A DNA stretch of 62,950 nt, filler included, from Folioceros fuciformis (taxonomy: Eukaryota), in NCBI GenBank assembly GCA_049999805.1. It is 4 parts of 4 records of this genome, joined end to end, with 100 filler letters (N's around TTAATTAATTAA, not from the genome) between each part and the next. Parts side by side here need not be neighbours in the genome. Positions count along the whole stretch, not along the records: positions 41,770 to 59,678 come from JBNGIO010006187.1; 3 more parts are not named here. One strand, given 5' to 3'. The notes under the pieces were generated by a model that searched no databases, was not told the DNA's origin, and was given only the letters and a program-made list of their open reading frames with translations. How positions within the stretch are numbered: the stretch's first letter is position 1; the number at the start of each line of letters is the position of its first letter. Positions 47,270 through 59,778 of the stretch are shown one piece after another. Made by a program: the position numbers and the translations under genes.

Positions 47270-48041
47270 CGAGTTTTTCAATCACTCGGGATTCCACTTT
47301 GCAATCTGAATTGGAAAGTGGAGAATCCTGAACTTGTAAATAGTGATATTACGAAACATGTAGTGCGAGCGTACAACTTGAGAGGAAGTATGTACTTGGT
47401 TAATGATGGAGCAATATGGAAATTGTACCCACGTCGGTCACGGCTGTTCATTTCCTTTCAACGCAATGACGATCCTTTTTGCATCGATATCCGGTGTCAC
47501 AGAGCTCCATCCTGAGCCACTACTGAATGGGACGGATGCCATTGGATGGCAAGCATTACCCAAGACGAATTCTATTAGAAGAATTCTAGTAGAAGGGGGC
47601 AAACTCTATTCGAGTCACTAACTGGACGAATTTCAGTTGTGGTGTCTTTCACAAGTTCTATCAGAGTGCACATAAAGGGTATCCTTCCCTCTAGGCACCC
47701 AATCTAAGTAGGATCTGAATGCAAGATTCTCAATTCCAGAGTCCCGGAGTTGTTACAAATGTGTGTCGATGATCCGGCCGAAAGCTACACGACAAGTGCC
47801 TCAGGAGTGCAACACTTCCAGCCAATGGGAACCTCAACTCTTGCTTTTACGTGAAAGGGTAGCTCAGTTTCTTGAGTCCGTGATGCACACAGTAGACTCA
47901 GATTGGAGGAAGTAGTCACCCTGGAGCTTTGGAAGAAGAGAGCATTCTGATTCTATAGACAAGGAACGGACGACAATGATCGAGGCGAGCCTGTTGGATC
48001 TCTCTGAAACCGCCTTGGATCTGACCATGGGGTGGAGCAGG

Positions 48042-48123
48042 GCCAGCAGGTTATTAATAGGAGTGCTAGTGCGTGGTGCAGAGCCAGCAGGTTATTATTA
48101 GGAGTGCTAGTGCGTGGTGCAGA
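48042..48123. repeat. 41-bp direct duplication
   Basis: gccagcaggttatta(a/t)taggagtgctagtgcgtggtgcaga occurs twice. Confidence 0.85.
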
Positions 48124-48676
48124 ACTTGGATTCTAAAGAATGGGCATCTTGAAGGAAGAGCTTCGATCGGAAGAATGCCAGGTTTGATTCCGAAGACAAG
48201 GCACATGAGTCCTGGCAAACGGTGGTAGGAAATTGAGGCAAGCATTTTGGATCTCGCTCGGCAACCCCAAATTTGGATCTGGGTTGTGGTGCCAGCGGCT
48301 TACGGGACTGCGTGCTGCAAAGTAACCCAGATTCCAGTGAACGGGTTCTTTCTTGAAGGGAGAGCTTGGGACGTACAGACAAGCGTAATCTGAGATCGAA
48401 ATTCGAAGATGAGTAACCAGAGTCCTGAGGTACGGACGGGAGGGAGGCAAGCTTGTCCGACCTCTCGGCAACGGCGTGGGCTCTGGGTTGCGGTACCTGG
48501 AGCCTCGGTACCTGGAGCCTGCGGCCGGTGGATCCGCATCTAGAGTTTATTATTGCGAGTACAAGAGCCAGCGTGAGCATAGTACATGTGACGGTATCGG
48601 CAGGCTCAGCAAACTGCTCAAGGCAGCAGCCGTGCGTTCCAATCCAATTACTTCGACTGCAAGAAGGTAGCAAGCA

Positions 48677-50563
48677 ATGACAATGGTGGAGGACGCGACA
48701 ATGGTCGTGGTGGTGGCGCTGGCAGCGCTGCCCCTGTGGTTGCTCTGGTGCAGGAGCGTGAGACTTTGGGGGAAGAAGTTACCGCCGGGATCCCTGGGCT
48801 GGCCGCTCATCGGCGAGACGCTGCAGCTGCGCAGGTGCCTGCTGGCCGGAGACGCCGACATCTTCTGTCACCAGCGCCGCAGGCAGCACGGCAGCGTATA
48901 CAAGACGCACCTCTTCGGCAGCCCCTGCGTGATGGTGAGCGGGGCCGACGCGGTGAAGCTCCTGGCCACGTCCGAGGACTCGCTGGTGGAGTCCCACCAG
49001 CTGCTGTCCATCCGCAAGCTGTTGGGCAAGGAGTCCATCGTCAACGTGGTGGGCCAGAAGCACAAGCTCTTCCGCCGGGTGCTCAACGACAAGTTCATGG
49101 GTGACGAGCTCAAGAAGTTCCTGGGCCGGGTGGAGGCCGTGGCGCTGGATCAGGTATCGGCGTGGCAGCCCGGCGAGGTGCGCACCATGGAGGAGGAGGC
49201 CACCCACTTCACCTACAACATCATTGTCGGGCTGACCGTGAGCTGGGGCCGCGGCCACCCGTCCCGCGAGCCCAGCTTGGAGCTGGCCAAGGCCATGGCC
49301 GGCTCCCTGATGGAAGTGCCTCTGGAGTGGCCCGGATTCCCCTTCCGCCGAGGCATGCGGGCCAGGCGCAGCCTAGACCGCATGTTCGCCACCGAGGTGA
49401 GACTGCGCAGAAGCGGACAGATTGTACGAAACGACTTGCTCGCAGAAATGATGAAAGCCACCGATGACTCTTCCCAAATCCTCTTCACCGACGAGCAGCT
49501 CAAGGACAACCTGCACACGCTCGTCATGGGCGGCCATGACACCAGCACCAACATCCTCACCTGGATCGCCAAGCTCCTCTCCGATAACCCACATTGCTAC
49601 CATCGATTGCTGGTGAGCTCTGCAGGGCTGAGCTGCGGCTCATTCCAACAAAAACACAAGCCTAGGTCGTCACTCGTCTCATGACTCAAACACTGAATTA
49701 CATTGCAGGAAGAACATGAAGAGATCAGGCGCAGCAAGGTTGCAGGCGAGCCGCTGCAATGGGAAGATGTGAAGAAGATGACCTACACCACTACCGTGCG
49801 CACCCGACCTAACCTGAACCTGCTCGTAACCTGGAATCACTGGCTGGAGATTTTCCTTTTGACAGCAGCAACATCATCATCTGCTTGCAGGTGATCCAGG
49901 AGGCTCTCCGGATATCAAGTATCGTTTTCTTCTTCCAAAGAAGGGTGAAACAGGACTTCAAGCTGAGTGGTGATCAACCCTAACCCCTTCATCCACTGTC
50001 GTTCTGAAACCAGCAACGTGGGGGTTCGAAAGCCAACGTTGTGGGCTTGGCTTACAGGGTACGACATTCCCAAGGGCTGGATCGTGGTTGTTGACACTCA
50101 TGACCTACATCACGACGTCCACAACTATCCAAGTCCAATCGCATTCGATCCGACTCGCTTTGATGTGAGTTTCAACCTGAAGAGTTGCCTCCTCTAGAGC
50201 ATAAAATGCGTGTTCTTGTACTACTAATGGGTGATATGCTGAATACGTAACAGAAACGGCCAAAGCCTCACTCTTACATGCCGTTCGGGGTGGGGCCAAG
50301 GATGTGCCTCGGCAAGGACATGGCCATGCTGCAAATGTGCGTCTTCCTCCATCACATGGTGCTCAACTGCAAGTGCGTACAGACGGTTCCGATCCTCTGA
50401 AAGGTCATTGCCATCTTGACTGCATCTGCTGCTAATCAATTGTTTGTCCAGCAGATGGACACTCACTCATAACGACAACCTCCGAGAATATCGTGGAGGA
50501 CCGCACATCAAGAACGGGGTGCCTTTCAGAGTGGATACCGTCACGAAAACCACTTACTTGTAA
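48677..50563 (+). CDS. Cytochrome P450, CYP85 clan (CYP716/718/728-like); exons 48677-49612, 49709-49795, 49891-49969, 50058-50164, 50254-50372, ~50455-50563
   Basis: LPPGSLGWPLIGETL, YKTHLFGSP, MGGHDTS, QEALR, YDIPKGW, FDPTRF, PFGVGPRMCLG. Confidence 0.9.
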
Positions 50564-50655
50564 AGCACCTGTGTGCGGCCACCACCTGTATCTGTTTCTC
50601 GCATTTCTTGTACAAACATACATACAGAGAAAGTGAGCATCTGGATTTGTTCACC

Positions 50656-52205
50656 TTATAGAACCGCCTTAGGATTCTCCAAGGAAAGTGTTACACTGTG
50701 GCGGCGGAAAGACACTGTACGCGAGTGCCTGGTTGTTGACCAACGTTCGTCTGTCCGACAAACTTGGTACTGACTCAACTCAGTCAGCTCAATTCCAACC
50801 CACCCTTCCAAAGTCCACTTTTTCCAGCCCGAACCTCTTGGTGGATAGTTGCTAGACACATCCTGTTCCAGGAGAAACAGCCAGCTTCCAAATCCGTCAT
50901 CAAACATGAAGTATTCCTGTACATATGAACTTCTTCCAAACCAGTGCCGAACAGAGCTTGTCTCGCCTTGCTGAATCACATGTTGACATTACCTTGTCGT
51001 CAGTGGGAGCGTCCTCATCATCACTAGTTTCTGGAGATGGATTCAGACCCCAAGTGAAAATCGGATGCCCACAAATACCGCCACCCTGCGAGACGTGGTG
51101 GCAGCATTAGCTGCCAGTTGCTCATTTCAGTAGCTATGAGGAATGGACGAAACCAAGCAAATTATCTGTGTCCATGGTAATCACTCGCACCGTTTCTCCT
51201 ACGAGGATATACTCTAGGACGGAACCAGTAGCTCGAATGTGGGAAGTCCAGTCCACGAGCATTGGCTGCGGTCCACCACAAAAGCCATGAGAGATTGGGC
51301 TGATGATTCGGGGGACCTCAAACTCCAGAGTGAAGAACAAGGTTACCATCCATGAAGCGATGACCATGTGAGGCTTGGTCCTCGTGATAGCCTCTGTAGC
51401 TTCCTCTTTCCTGACTGTTGCACCATTCAAGCCCCTTGACCCACTATCTGTCGCCGTCAAGTGAATGGATACAGCACATGTGTCCTTCAAGACCACGGCA
51501 AACTTGGTGAGGACGTCAAGCCCAAACAGACAGTATTGAACAAGCAAAACAAAAGGTCTCTGTTAACGAAGAAATGGGAACCATTGCAAGCGCAAGCAAA
51601 GGGGACAAGCAAGTAAGAATTACTGCGTTCTCCAGCTGACGGAGAAGCGACTCCAAGTGATAGTTTAGACGACCGCTGCCTGCTCCAACCTAGCACAAAG
51701 CTCCAGAGCATGCACCTCATTGCTTGCGAAAGGGATCGAAGGAGGACGTTGATGGAACCCAATTTGCTTCCGTTGGCAAGTACCTCCAGCACATCCATCA
51801 CGGAAAGCCCATACATCTGTGCTCTGCTCCTGCCAGACAGATGGGAAATGAGTGCCATGCACAGGATGAAGGCAAGGAGAGCAAAATACATTCGAGAAGA
51901 GGGTAGGGAGCAAACCTTATATACTGCGCTAGCCCTAGCAGATGTTCCCGAGTGAAGACTTCGTATTGTGGATCACCAGAGTAAGGCGCTTCAGCACCCA
52001 CAAATGCATGCCAATCAGTGCAGCCATGACAATCGCAGCGTAGCGAGCCCCCTTCGCCGATCTGAGCACTATGAAGGAGGTCAGCAACCAGGAACTCGGG
52101 CGCAACAGGTGCATCGCCCACGTGGTGGCGTCATCTGAGAACCGACCTGGATATCACATGCTGAAGGACCTTTGCCGAAGAGGGAGAAGCGGCCCACAAG
52201 CTCAT
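50656..52205 (-). CDS. Uncharacterised class I SAM-dependent methyltransferase-like protein, multi-exon; start uncertain
   Basis: Spliced VLE|VGAGSGRL (motif I), LTATDSG, PHMVIASWM|PMLVDWT, VLEYILVGET, GGICGHPIFTWG, YQVCRTD…TVSFRR. Confidence 0.65.
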
Positions 52206-54324
52206 CGTGTGATGGCAGAGGTTGGAAGGGGTACATGATGGCTCAAAGACGAATGTCTTGTTTGGCGACAAAACTAGAGGCAGGGACACCACCGACAAGT
52301 TGTAGGGCTGCTCGACAGATTCACATCGCCCACGCTGACGAAAGCTGGTGACCAATTTAGGGCCACACACCAGGACTGACAACAGCACCACAGTGCAGGA
52401 CAGTACACTACTCTGAAAAAAGCAGGGCGGTTCGGCAGGGCCGGGCAGTGCAGGGCTGTGCAGTGCAGAACAGTGCAGTGCACCGAGAAGAAAAAGTTGA
52501 TGTGATGTTCTGTTCTCCATCTGCAGGACTCAGGATGCCTTTGTTCGTGTTAACCCTGGACAACATTGTAGTCTCGCAGACTACGTACATACCTAGCAAC
52601 GAGGATCTCCAGTTGGAAGGCTCCATACCTTCTCGTTGCTGGTTGGTAGGTGGAAAAACAGGGGCGGCGGGCCGTTAGATTAGTGGATAGCATGATAGGG
52701 CAATGACTGCGCAAGGAATCCAATTCCAGCATCTCTCAGCTTCCTTTCGCAGGGTTTCTCACCTGGGTTGTCTGTTGGAAGGTGACCCCGCTTGCAGCAC
52801 ATGGCAAGGGTGCAGTCTTCGCAGTTGCTGTATGTACCTTTCTGTGTGTACTAGTGCTCCACTTAAGGGAATCGGGACCCACAACCGTGAAGATCATCTC
52901 ACACAGGCAGCTGTTTTATGCGCAATGGTCAACAACAACAAGAAACACGAATACTGGGTTACCTTGGACGGTGGGCCTAGCTTTGTTATAATGTAAGTGG
53001 CAACAGGAATTGGAGGCCAGCCCAACGCTGGGCCCAGCTTGCAAGCACCAGGACAGCTCTGCCTGACACCATTCTTATCTATTGACCTTATTTGTGTCTT
53101 GACAAATGTGCATACTGCATATTGTTGATTACAAGCTTGCAAGTTGCAAGCTTGACTTCCTATGCTGCAGCGGTTGTTGCAGCACCAACCAGTGGTAAGG
53201 AGTTGGAGAGAGCAATAGCATTCCCGTGATCAAGCAGGAGTGGATCCAACCGTCCCCGCTACTGGCACACTGGAAAAGTATCCTCCGAGTGAAGTACCAC
53301 AACCTTTCAGCTGTCACTTCGAGTGGTGTCACATCGGCAGCTGAGTGCATCTGCACCGGGAGCAGCACCTCTGCTGAGGCTTTCGTCCTCCAACGCTGCT
53401 TGCTTAGCGCGGGCCAGGTGATAATGCTTCCACATGTACAGGCTGCACCCGTCATGATCTGGCCATCCATTACATCGTGACTTCGTTTGAAGCCTCTAGA
53501 TCTGGCACCCTCGAGCACCATTTCTTAGAGAGAGGCTGGCACCTCCGGCTAGCAGGCTAGTCCAGGCCCAGGAGTACTTAGTACTCGGGAGACTAGTCTC
53601 TCTGGATGAGCGCAGGCTGCCCACAAGTCATCTTTGAGCTAGGCCTCTTTCTGGCTATGACGGACATGATCCACTCGGCCTCGGTTTGCGTGTAGTACAC
53701 CCTCATGAATCATTTGTGCCAAGCTCTCCAAGGACCCTATCTCTTTCCCCTCTCAGGACCCTTTCTCCGTGACAGTATTTGGACCCTACATCGAGTCCCT
53801 TTCTCCACCTTCACAGACAGGACTTCCTCCCTAGTAGCATGCTACTATTGAAAGACGTGCGAAGTGAAGACTGTGTGGGCAGCTCTTGAAAGCCACCGAG
53901 TCCACCTGTATCATTCACTGATTTCCATAGCTTTGAGGCGATGCGTGCAATTTTCTGGAGAACTGTGAAGCCAAGCGGGGAGTGGCACGAAATTCTGCGA
54001 GCTCCAGACCTTGCCAGCATCATGCACGACCTGCACCTGACGACAACCAAGGTCCGTCCTCGAGGATTACGAGCCTATGATGGGTTTGCTCTGGCCCTTG
54101 TCGTGGAGCCGTCACGGTGAAGATGCAGTGTCGGGCGGCCCTCACCTTGTGTGACACAGTGTTGCTCTCCAGTATGTCCAGGAGCGAAACTGCTGCATCC
54201 GCTTGTGTCACATTGCATCTATTTGTTGCTGCTGATGAGCCTGCTAGTGGATGGCGGGAATCTGTGGAGGAGGAGTGAGGACACGAAGAGTGCACCACCT
54301 TTGTGAGGCGAGGTGAACAGGACC

Positions 54325-56410
54325 ATGATGGTGAAGGTACAAAAGAGAAGGCAGGCAGTCCTCAGCAGCTGGTGCACCTGGATGGTGGCATTTGTATGCT
54401 GCTGCAGCGTGCAAGTTGCCAGGGTGAGCCCGGCCCCCATTCCTGCACCAGACTTCGCAACCTGCGCGGACGATCCCACCATTCCCAAGTGCTGCCCTCC
54501 CGTACCTCCGAACGGGAGCAGGAGCAGCAAGCGTTTCGTCAATCCCACAGCATCCTCCCTGCCGCTGCGAACCCGGATGCCAGCCCACCAGCTCGATTCC
54601 GCCACTGTTGCCAAGCTCAACCGGGCGTACAAGCTCATGAGGGCACTCCCATCCACCGATCCCCGAAGCTTGGAGCAGCAGCGAAGGATGCACTGCGCCT
54701 ACTGCTGCGCGTTGTTTCCGCAGGCGTGGGATGTGGATTACTTCGGGGACACCATCCCCGCGGCCCTGCAAATCCATTTCGGCTGGCTTCTCTTCCCCTG
54801 GCATCGCTGGTTCGTCTACTTCCACGAGCGGATTCTGGCGTCCCTGGTGGGCGACAACACTCTGGCTCTGCCATTCTGGAATTGGAGCAACCAGGCCCAA
54901 TCCCAGTCCCAGTCCCCCGCTGCTATGCCCGCCGTGTACCAGACCCCAGGATCAGCCCTGTACGACTCCAAGAGGAGCCAGGCTCACCAGCCTCCTGCCA
55001 TCGCCAACCTCACTTTCAATGCAGGAAAGCGACCCGACAAAGCGCAGATCAACACCCCGCAGCTCGTCCAGGAAAATTTGAATCTCATGCATCAGGTACG
55101 ATCACGTAGTCTCCGATGCAAGCTTTGCACTGCCATCCGAGCTCCAATCTTTCTAATCCTCCGTTCCTTGGCAGATAATGGTGAACGCGCCAACCACACG
55201 AGCCATTTTCTTCGGGCAGCCTTACCGGCTGGGGGCTCAGCTCCTGCCGGGAGCGGGTCCCGGGCAGGGAATTGTGGAGTCAACAGTGCACAACAGCATC
55301 CACGACTGGACGGGAAGCGAGAAGAATGCAGACTATCAGGACATGGGAGCGTTCTTCGTGTCCGGAATCGACCCTATTTTCTATGCCCATCACGGCGAGA
55401 TTGATAGATTGTGGAACGTGTGGAAAAGCCTGGGAGGAAAGGACCTGGATGATCCGGATTATCTCAACACTGAGTTCCTCTTCTACGATGAAACCGCCCA
55501 GCTGGTGAAGGTCACTGTGGGGCAGAGCTTGGACAGCGTCAATCAGCTTCGATACACCTATCAATCTGTAAGCTTCGATACACCTATCAATCTGTAAGCT
55601 TCGTGCCGCTGTCCCTGTCTGAAGGCTCTCCCGATCCAATCCGGCTAGATTCACGAAAGCTAACCCATGAAGGTACTGCTTTTGCACCTGCACACTCAGT
55701 CTCGCTTCGGCTTTGACTTACAAAGGCTGCAATTGCGTGCAGGTGGCCGCAGATACCAACTGGCTCAACTATGCGGCTACCTCTTGCGCATCAGCTGGCG
55801 GTGCCGGTTCCTCTGCTCAATTTCTACAATCGGTGCCCATGTACAAGCACAAGACGGTGAGCATCAACGCAGACGCACCATTCACGGCTCGCTTTCAAAG
55901 GCCTTATCCAGCATCCACACATCAGTTGTCAGGTATGTACCCCTGATACTTCCTGTCACAGCTAGCACTGTGCCCAATATCAACCCACTTCACAGCCCTT
56001 CCTTCTCGTCCGCGTCTCTCCACCACCTTCCTCTGACGGTAGTGACATGTTGTGCACCAGCAAATGATGGGCAGCGAGGAGGAGCATCTGCGGAGGTTCT
56101 TATCTTCGATGGCCTCAAAGTGAACTGGAAGCAACCAGTGCAATTCAAGGTGTTCGTAAACCTGCCGACTGCATCTGCAGCCACGTCTGTAGCCTGTGCC
56201 GAGTTCCTGGGTATTTTCTCCAACATGGCCAACAACGCACCTGTGGATAGTGACAAGATTTCCTTCAGACTAGGGATAGGCAACAAGCTGAAGCAACTGG
56301 GAGCGGAGTCTTCTCTGGGCGTGGTGATCACTGTGGCTCCGGCAATGCAGCATACTGCTGCATCTCCGATTGTGATCGACAGGATCAGATTAGCCTTCGA
56401 GCAAGTCTAA
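54325..56410 (+). CDS. PPO: Polyphenol oxidase (tyrosinase family); exons 54325-55095, 55175-55567, 55743-55932, 56061-56410
   Basis: CuA HCAYC…IHFGWLLFPWHRWFVYFHE; CuB HNSIHDWTG…DPIFYAHHGEIDRLW; DWL-like NWL and KFDV-like QFKVFVN domains. Confidence 0.92.
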
Positions 56411-57149
56411 CGCCACTTCCGTTCACTTCCACAGTCTCAAATAACGCTTGTGCGGTCGTTTCTTCCGACATCACCTTGCATCAGTCTTGCATACTGCTTA
56501 GTGCATAGGGTAACGTAACGGTCTAGTCGGACCTAATAACGACCAAAACGGTCTCTGTCCTCCTACACCACCTACGCAGACAACTTGGAGACTTCATTGT
56601 AGAAAACGAGCTTGCGAAATGGAGGAACCAAGGAGGTGGTACTTCTTCAGCATGATGAGACATTAGAATGAGTGGTACCTGCTCAAAGAGGACGACAAGA
56701 CTACCTGCCTTGCTCGTCATGACTGACTTGTTCTCTTCTAGGTGATGAGCAGCTGATCAAAGTGCCGTGTTTCCAGCATCTCATTCTTTTTCGACGAAAC
56801 ACTGTCGCCGACGAGAAAGTCCAGACTACCCAAGGGCTTTGCGAGGCTTACCCAAGGGATTTTGCCAGAGCGTGCATATCGTTGGTGTTGCCTGGTCTAC
56901 TCAATGGACGCGGGGAACGTGGCAGCTACCCATGGAGAGCTGGAACAGAGCCCTCTGATTTTGCGAGGCCCAGCTGTTGAGCTGCTTGTTTGTCGGCATC
57001 TACCTGGTTGAAGTGTTTGGAAAAGACGTGGAACTGGAAAATGCACGTTCGAGCCCTGCCGGCCTGTGCCTTTGGGTGCTCGAGCTGCATTCGATGGTCT
57101 TCCATGAAAGGATGTAGCCACGCGGACTAGCATAATCGCCGGGTATGCT

Positions 57150-57560
57150 TATGGAGGGTGTGGTGGAGTGACTTGCTTGTCTGCAAGATGTGGGGAACGG
57201 GACGACGCACTCCAGGTTTTTCACATCAGGAACACAAGGAATGTGGTGACATGGAATGCTCTGATCGCTGGCTAGGCACAGCAGGCACTGGAACATGAGG
57301 CGGGTGTCGTCTATGGACAAATGGATCAGGAGGGGCCGATTTTAGGGAACCTTGTTACTGTGATTGCTTCTGAAGGCCTGCCTGAGCCGTGCAACGACTG
57401 GTGCTTTGCAGGATGGTGGACAGCTGCAAATACAGGATGTCGAAAGAGGACTGCTGGATAGCGTGGATGTGCGCAACTGCCTGAACTGGAAGGCGTAGGT
57501 CAGGTTCTGGGCAGTATTAACGCAGAGGGATGTGGAGGCCTGGAACGTCCTGATATCTTA
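57150..57560 (+). pseudogene. Decayed PLS-PPR fragment
   Basis: NTRNVVTWNALIAG*AQQALEHEAGVVYGQMDQEG…TTGALQDGGQL…ERGLLD resembles the GRP genes; stops and frameshifts. Confidence 0.75.
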
Positions 57561-58389
57561 GTATCGTTCTAAGCGTGCTGGGCACAGAACTCTGGCTTGT
57601 TTGCAGGAGATATGCTGCTGCTGATGTTCAGCCTGATGGTGTTACTGTACTTTCCTTCTACCAGCATGCAGTCATGAGCAGTGACTGGTTGGCGATGGAT
57701 AGAAGTCGTCCGTTCATCTATTGGCAACATACAGAAGGCTAGAACTGAAGGCAGCTGCGCAAACACATGTCGAGTCGCTTCTTGGCTGGTATGCAACAAA
57801 GCTCTTTCTTCTCTGCTGTACGACCAGTATTCAAGGCAGTATTTGCAGCTAGGACTGTGTTTTTACTCTTTTTGACATTGCTTAGATTGCCATCGCCAGG
57901 TTTTTGGACCCTATGTCTTTTCATTACCACCACGCCGATGCGGCCATGTTGGAGATCGCTTGACTAACCGATGATGTCACAAGCGACGTTGCTAGAGTGC
58001 TTGGGTAACCAAGCCTTCCTGGTTAATATTTGCTGACAATACAATGAACCATGTGCAATGGACTACAGGGTTTGTGGGTTGCCTCGCACTGTACTCCGAG
58101 TACACAGGTGGCCATACTGGAACAATCTTATGAATATCTCCAAGCCTTGAGAATTTTTTGCCAGCTTTTAAATTGTCTGCATCTGGAAATGAACTGCAGG
58201 CATGAGAGCGTGTAAAAACGAAAGCTAATTTGTTGGGGGAGGGTGTTCCACCTGACTTTCCACTTATAAGAAGTTCCTTTGTTGTACAAATAAACTTGGT
58301 ACAGTATCAAAAACAAAAAACAAAGCCATGGCACATTAAATAACACACGCTCTCACAAGATATGTGTATATCATACAGTTTAATGTCCA

Positions 58390-59678
58390 TTTATAGGAGC
58401 CCTATGACATAAGGTAGGGTGTCATTTTGACTTACTCCTATGTTTGTCCGGGGACCGCCTGGATTTGCCCCGACCGTTAGAGCGTTGCCGCGACCGAGAC
58501 CGGGACCGCCTAGCTTTCCCGGGACAGGGACCGGAACCAGGACCGCCTAGCTTCGCCAGGACCGAGACCCGGACCGCCTAGCTTTCCCGGGACAGGGACC
58601 GGGACCAGGACCACCTAGCTTCGCCAGGACCACCTAGCTTCGCCAGGACCGAGACCCGGACCGCCTAGCTTTACCAAGACCGGAACCGGGACCGCCTAGC
58701 TTTGTGGGGACCGGGACCACCTACCTTTGCCGGGATCGGCCCACTACGTAGGTCTGCTCGTGTACACAGGCTTGCCTCTCAATGGGTTGAACCTCCGTAT
58801 CTTGCTGAGGATTTCCGTAAAGCTGATGCTCATCTTAAAATTAACCCTGGACATGAGCCACAGTCATATACAGAAGCCCTTAGTGAATCTGCAGCTAAAT
58901 AGTGGGAGGCAGTTATTCAATCTGAATATGATTCCCTTATCCAAAATCATGCTTGGGAAGTCTGCCCTCTGCTTTAAGGGAGGACGATCGTCACCTCGAA
59001 GTAGGTCTTCAAGTGGAAATATAAGACTAACGACAATATCTCTAGGTATAAGGCACGATACATCTCATGATACATTCTCTCCCGATTTTGCTATGTCTGT
59101 CTATTTCAAGCTATACATACACCAGATGGATATTAAGACTACATTTCTTCATGGTAAGTTGGAGGGGGAGATATTTATACAACAGCCTAAAGGGTATGAG
59201 CTGCAAGGCAAGGAGCACTAGGTTTGCAAGTTTCTCAAGACAATCTATGGGCTGAAACAAAGCCCACAAGCTTGGTATTATTGCATCAATGAGTTCTTGC
59301 TAGATCTTCGCTTCTAAAAGAGTTTAGTCGACACCAATGTGTATCTCCTATAGCACAAAAAAGGCTATGTTATTTTAGCTCTCTATGTCGACAACTGCAT
59401 ACTTATGGGCACTGACTTGGTAGGAATTGAGAAGGTAAAGTCACTCTTATTTGGTTGTTTCGACATGGTTGATATGGGTGAGCTCTCCTACTATCTTGGC
59501 ACCCAGCTTATGCAAGACATTGAGTTCAAGACATTAGCCATTCATCAAGAGAAGTACATCTATGATATGTTATTCAAATATAAACTCACAGATGCAAAAC
59601 CAACACTTACCTCCTTAGAAGCAGGTTGCAAGCTAAGTAAGTCGTAGTCTCCTCGGTCAGACAGTGAACGTGAGGAGA
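58390..59678 (+). mobile_element. Degenerate Ty1/copia LTR retrotransposon (RT region), cut by the spacer
   Basis: EPQSYTEAL, SEYDSL, HQMDIKTTFLHG, IYGLKQSPQAWY, LYVDN, DMGELSYYLG with several premature stops. Confidence 0.9.
58450..58725. repeat. GC-rich ~30-36-bp tandem array inside the copia relic
   Basis: Repeated ggaccgcctagctt…gggaccg units. Confidence 0.85.
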
Positions 59679-59778
59679 NNNNNNNNNNNNNNNNNNNNNN
59701 NNNNNNNNNNNNNNNNNNNNNNTTAATTAATTAANNNNNNNNNNNNNNNNNNNNNNNNNNNNNNNNNNNNNNNNNNNN
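59679..59778. other. Artificial contig spacer
   Basis: N44-TTAATTAATTAA-N44. Confidence 0.95.

Noticed and set aside
52560-53720. Possible small multi-exon gene on the minus strand
   Set aside because: There are several splice-like signals, but no phase-consistent model or recognisable product.
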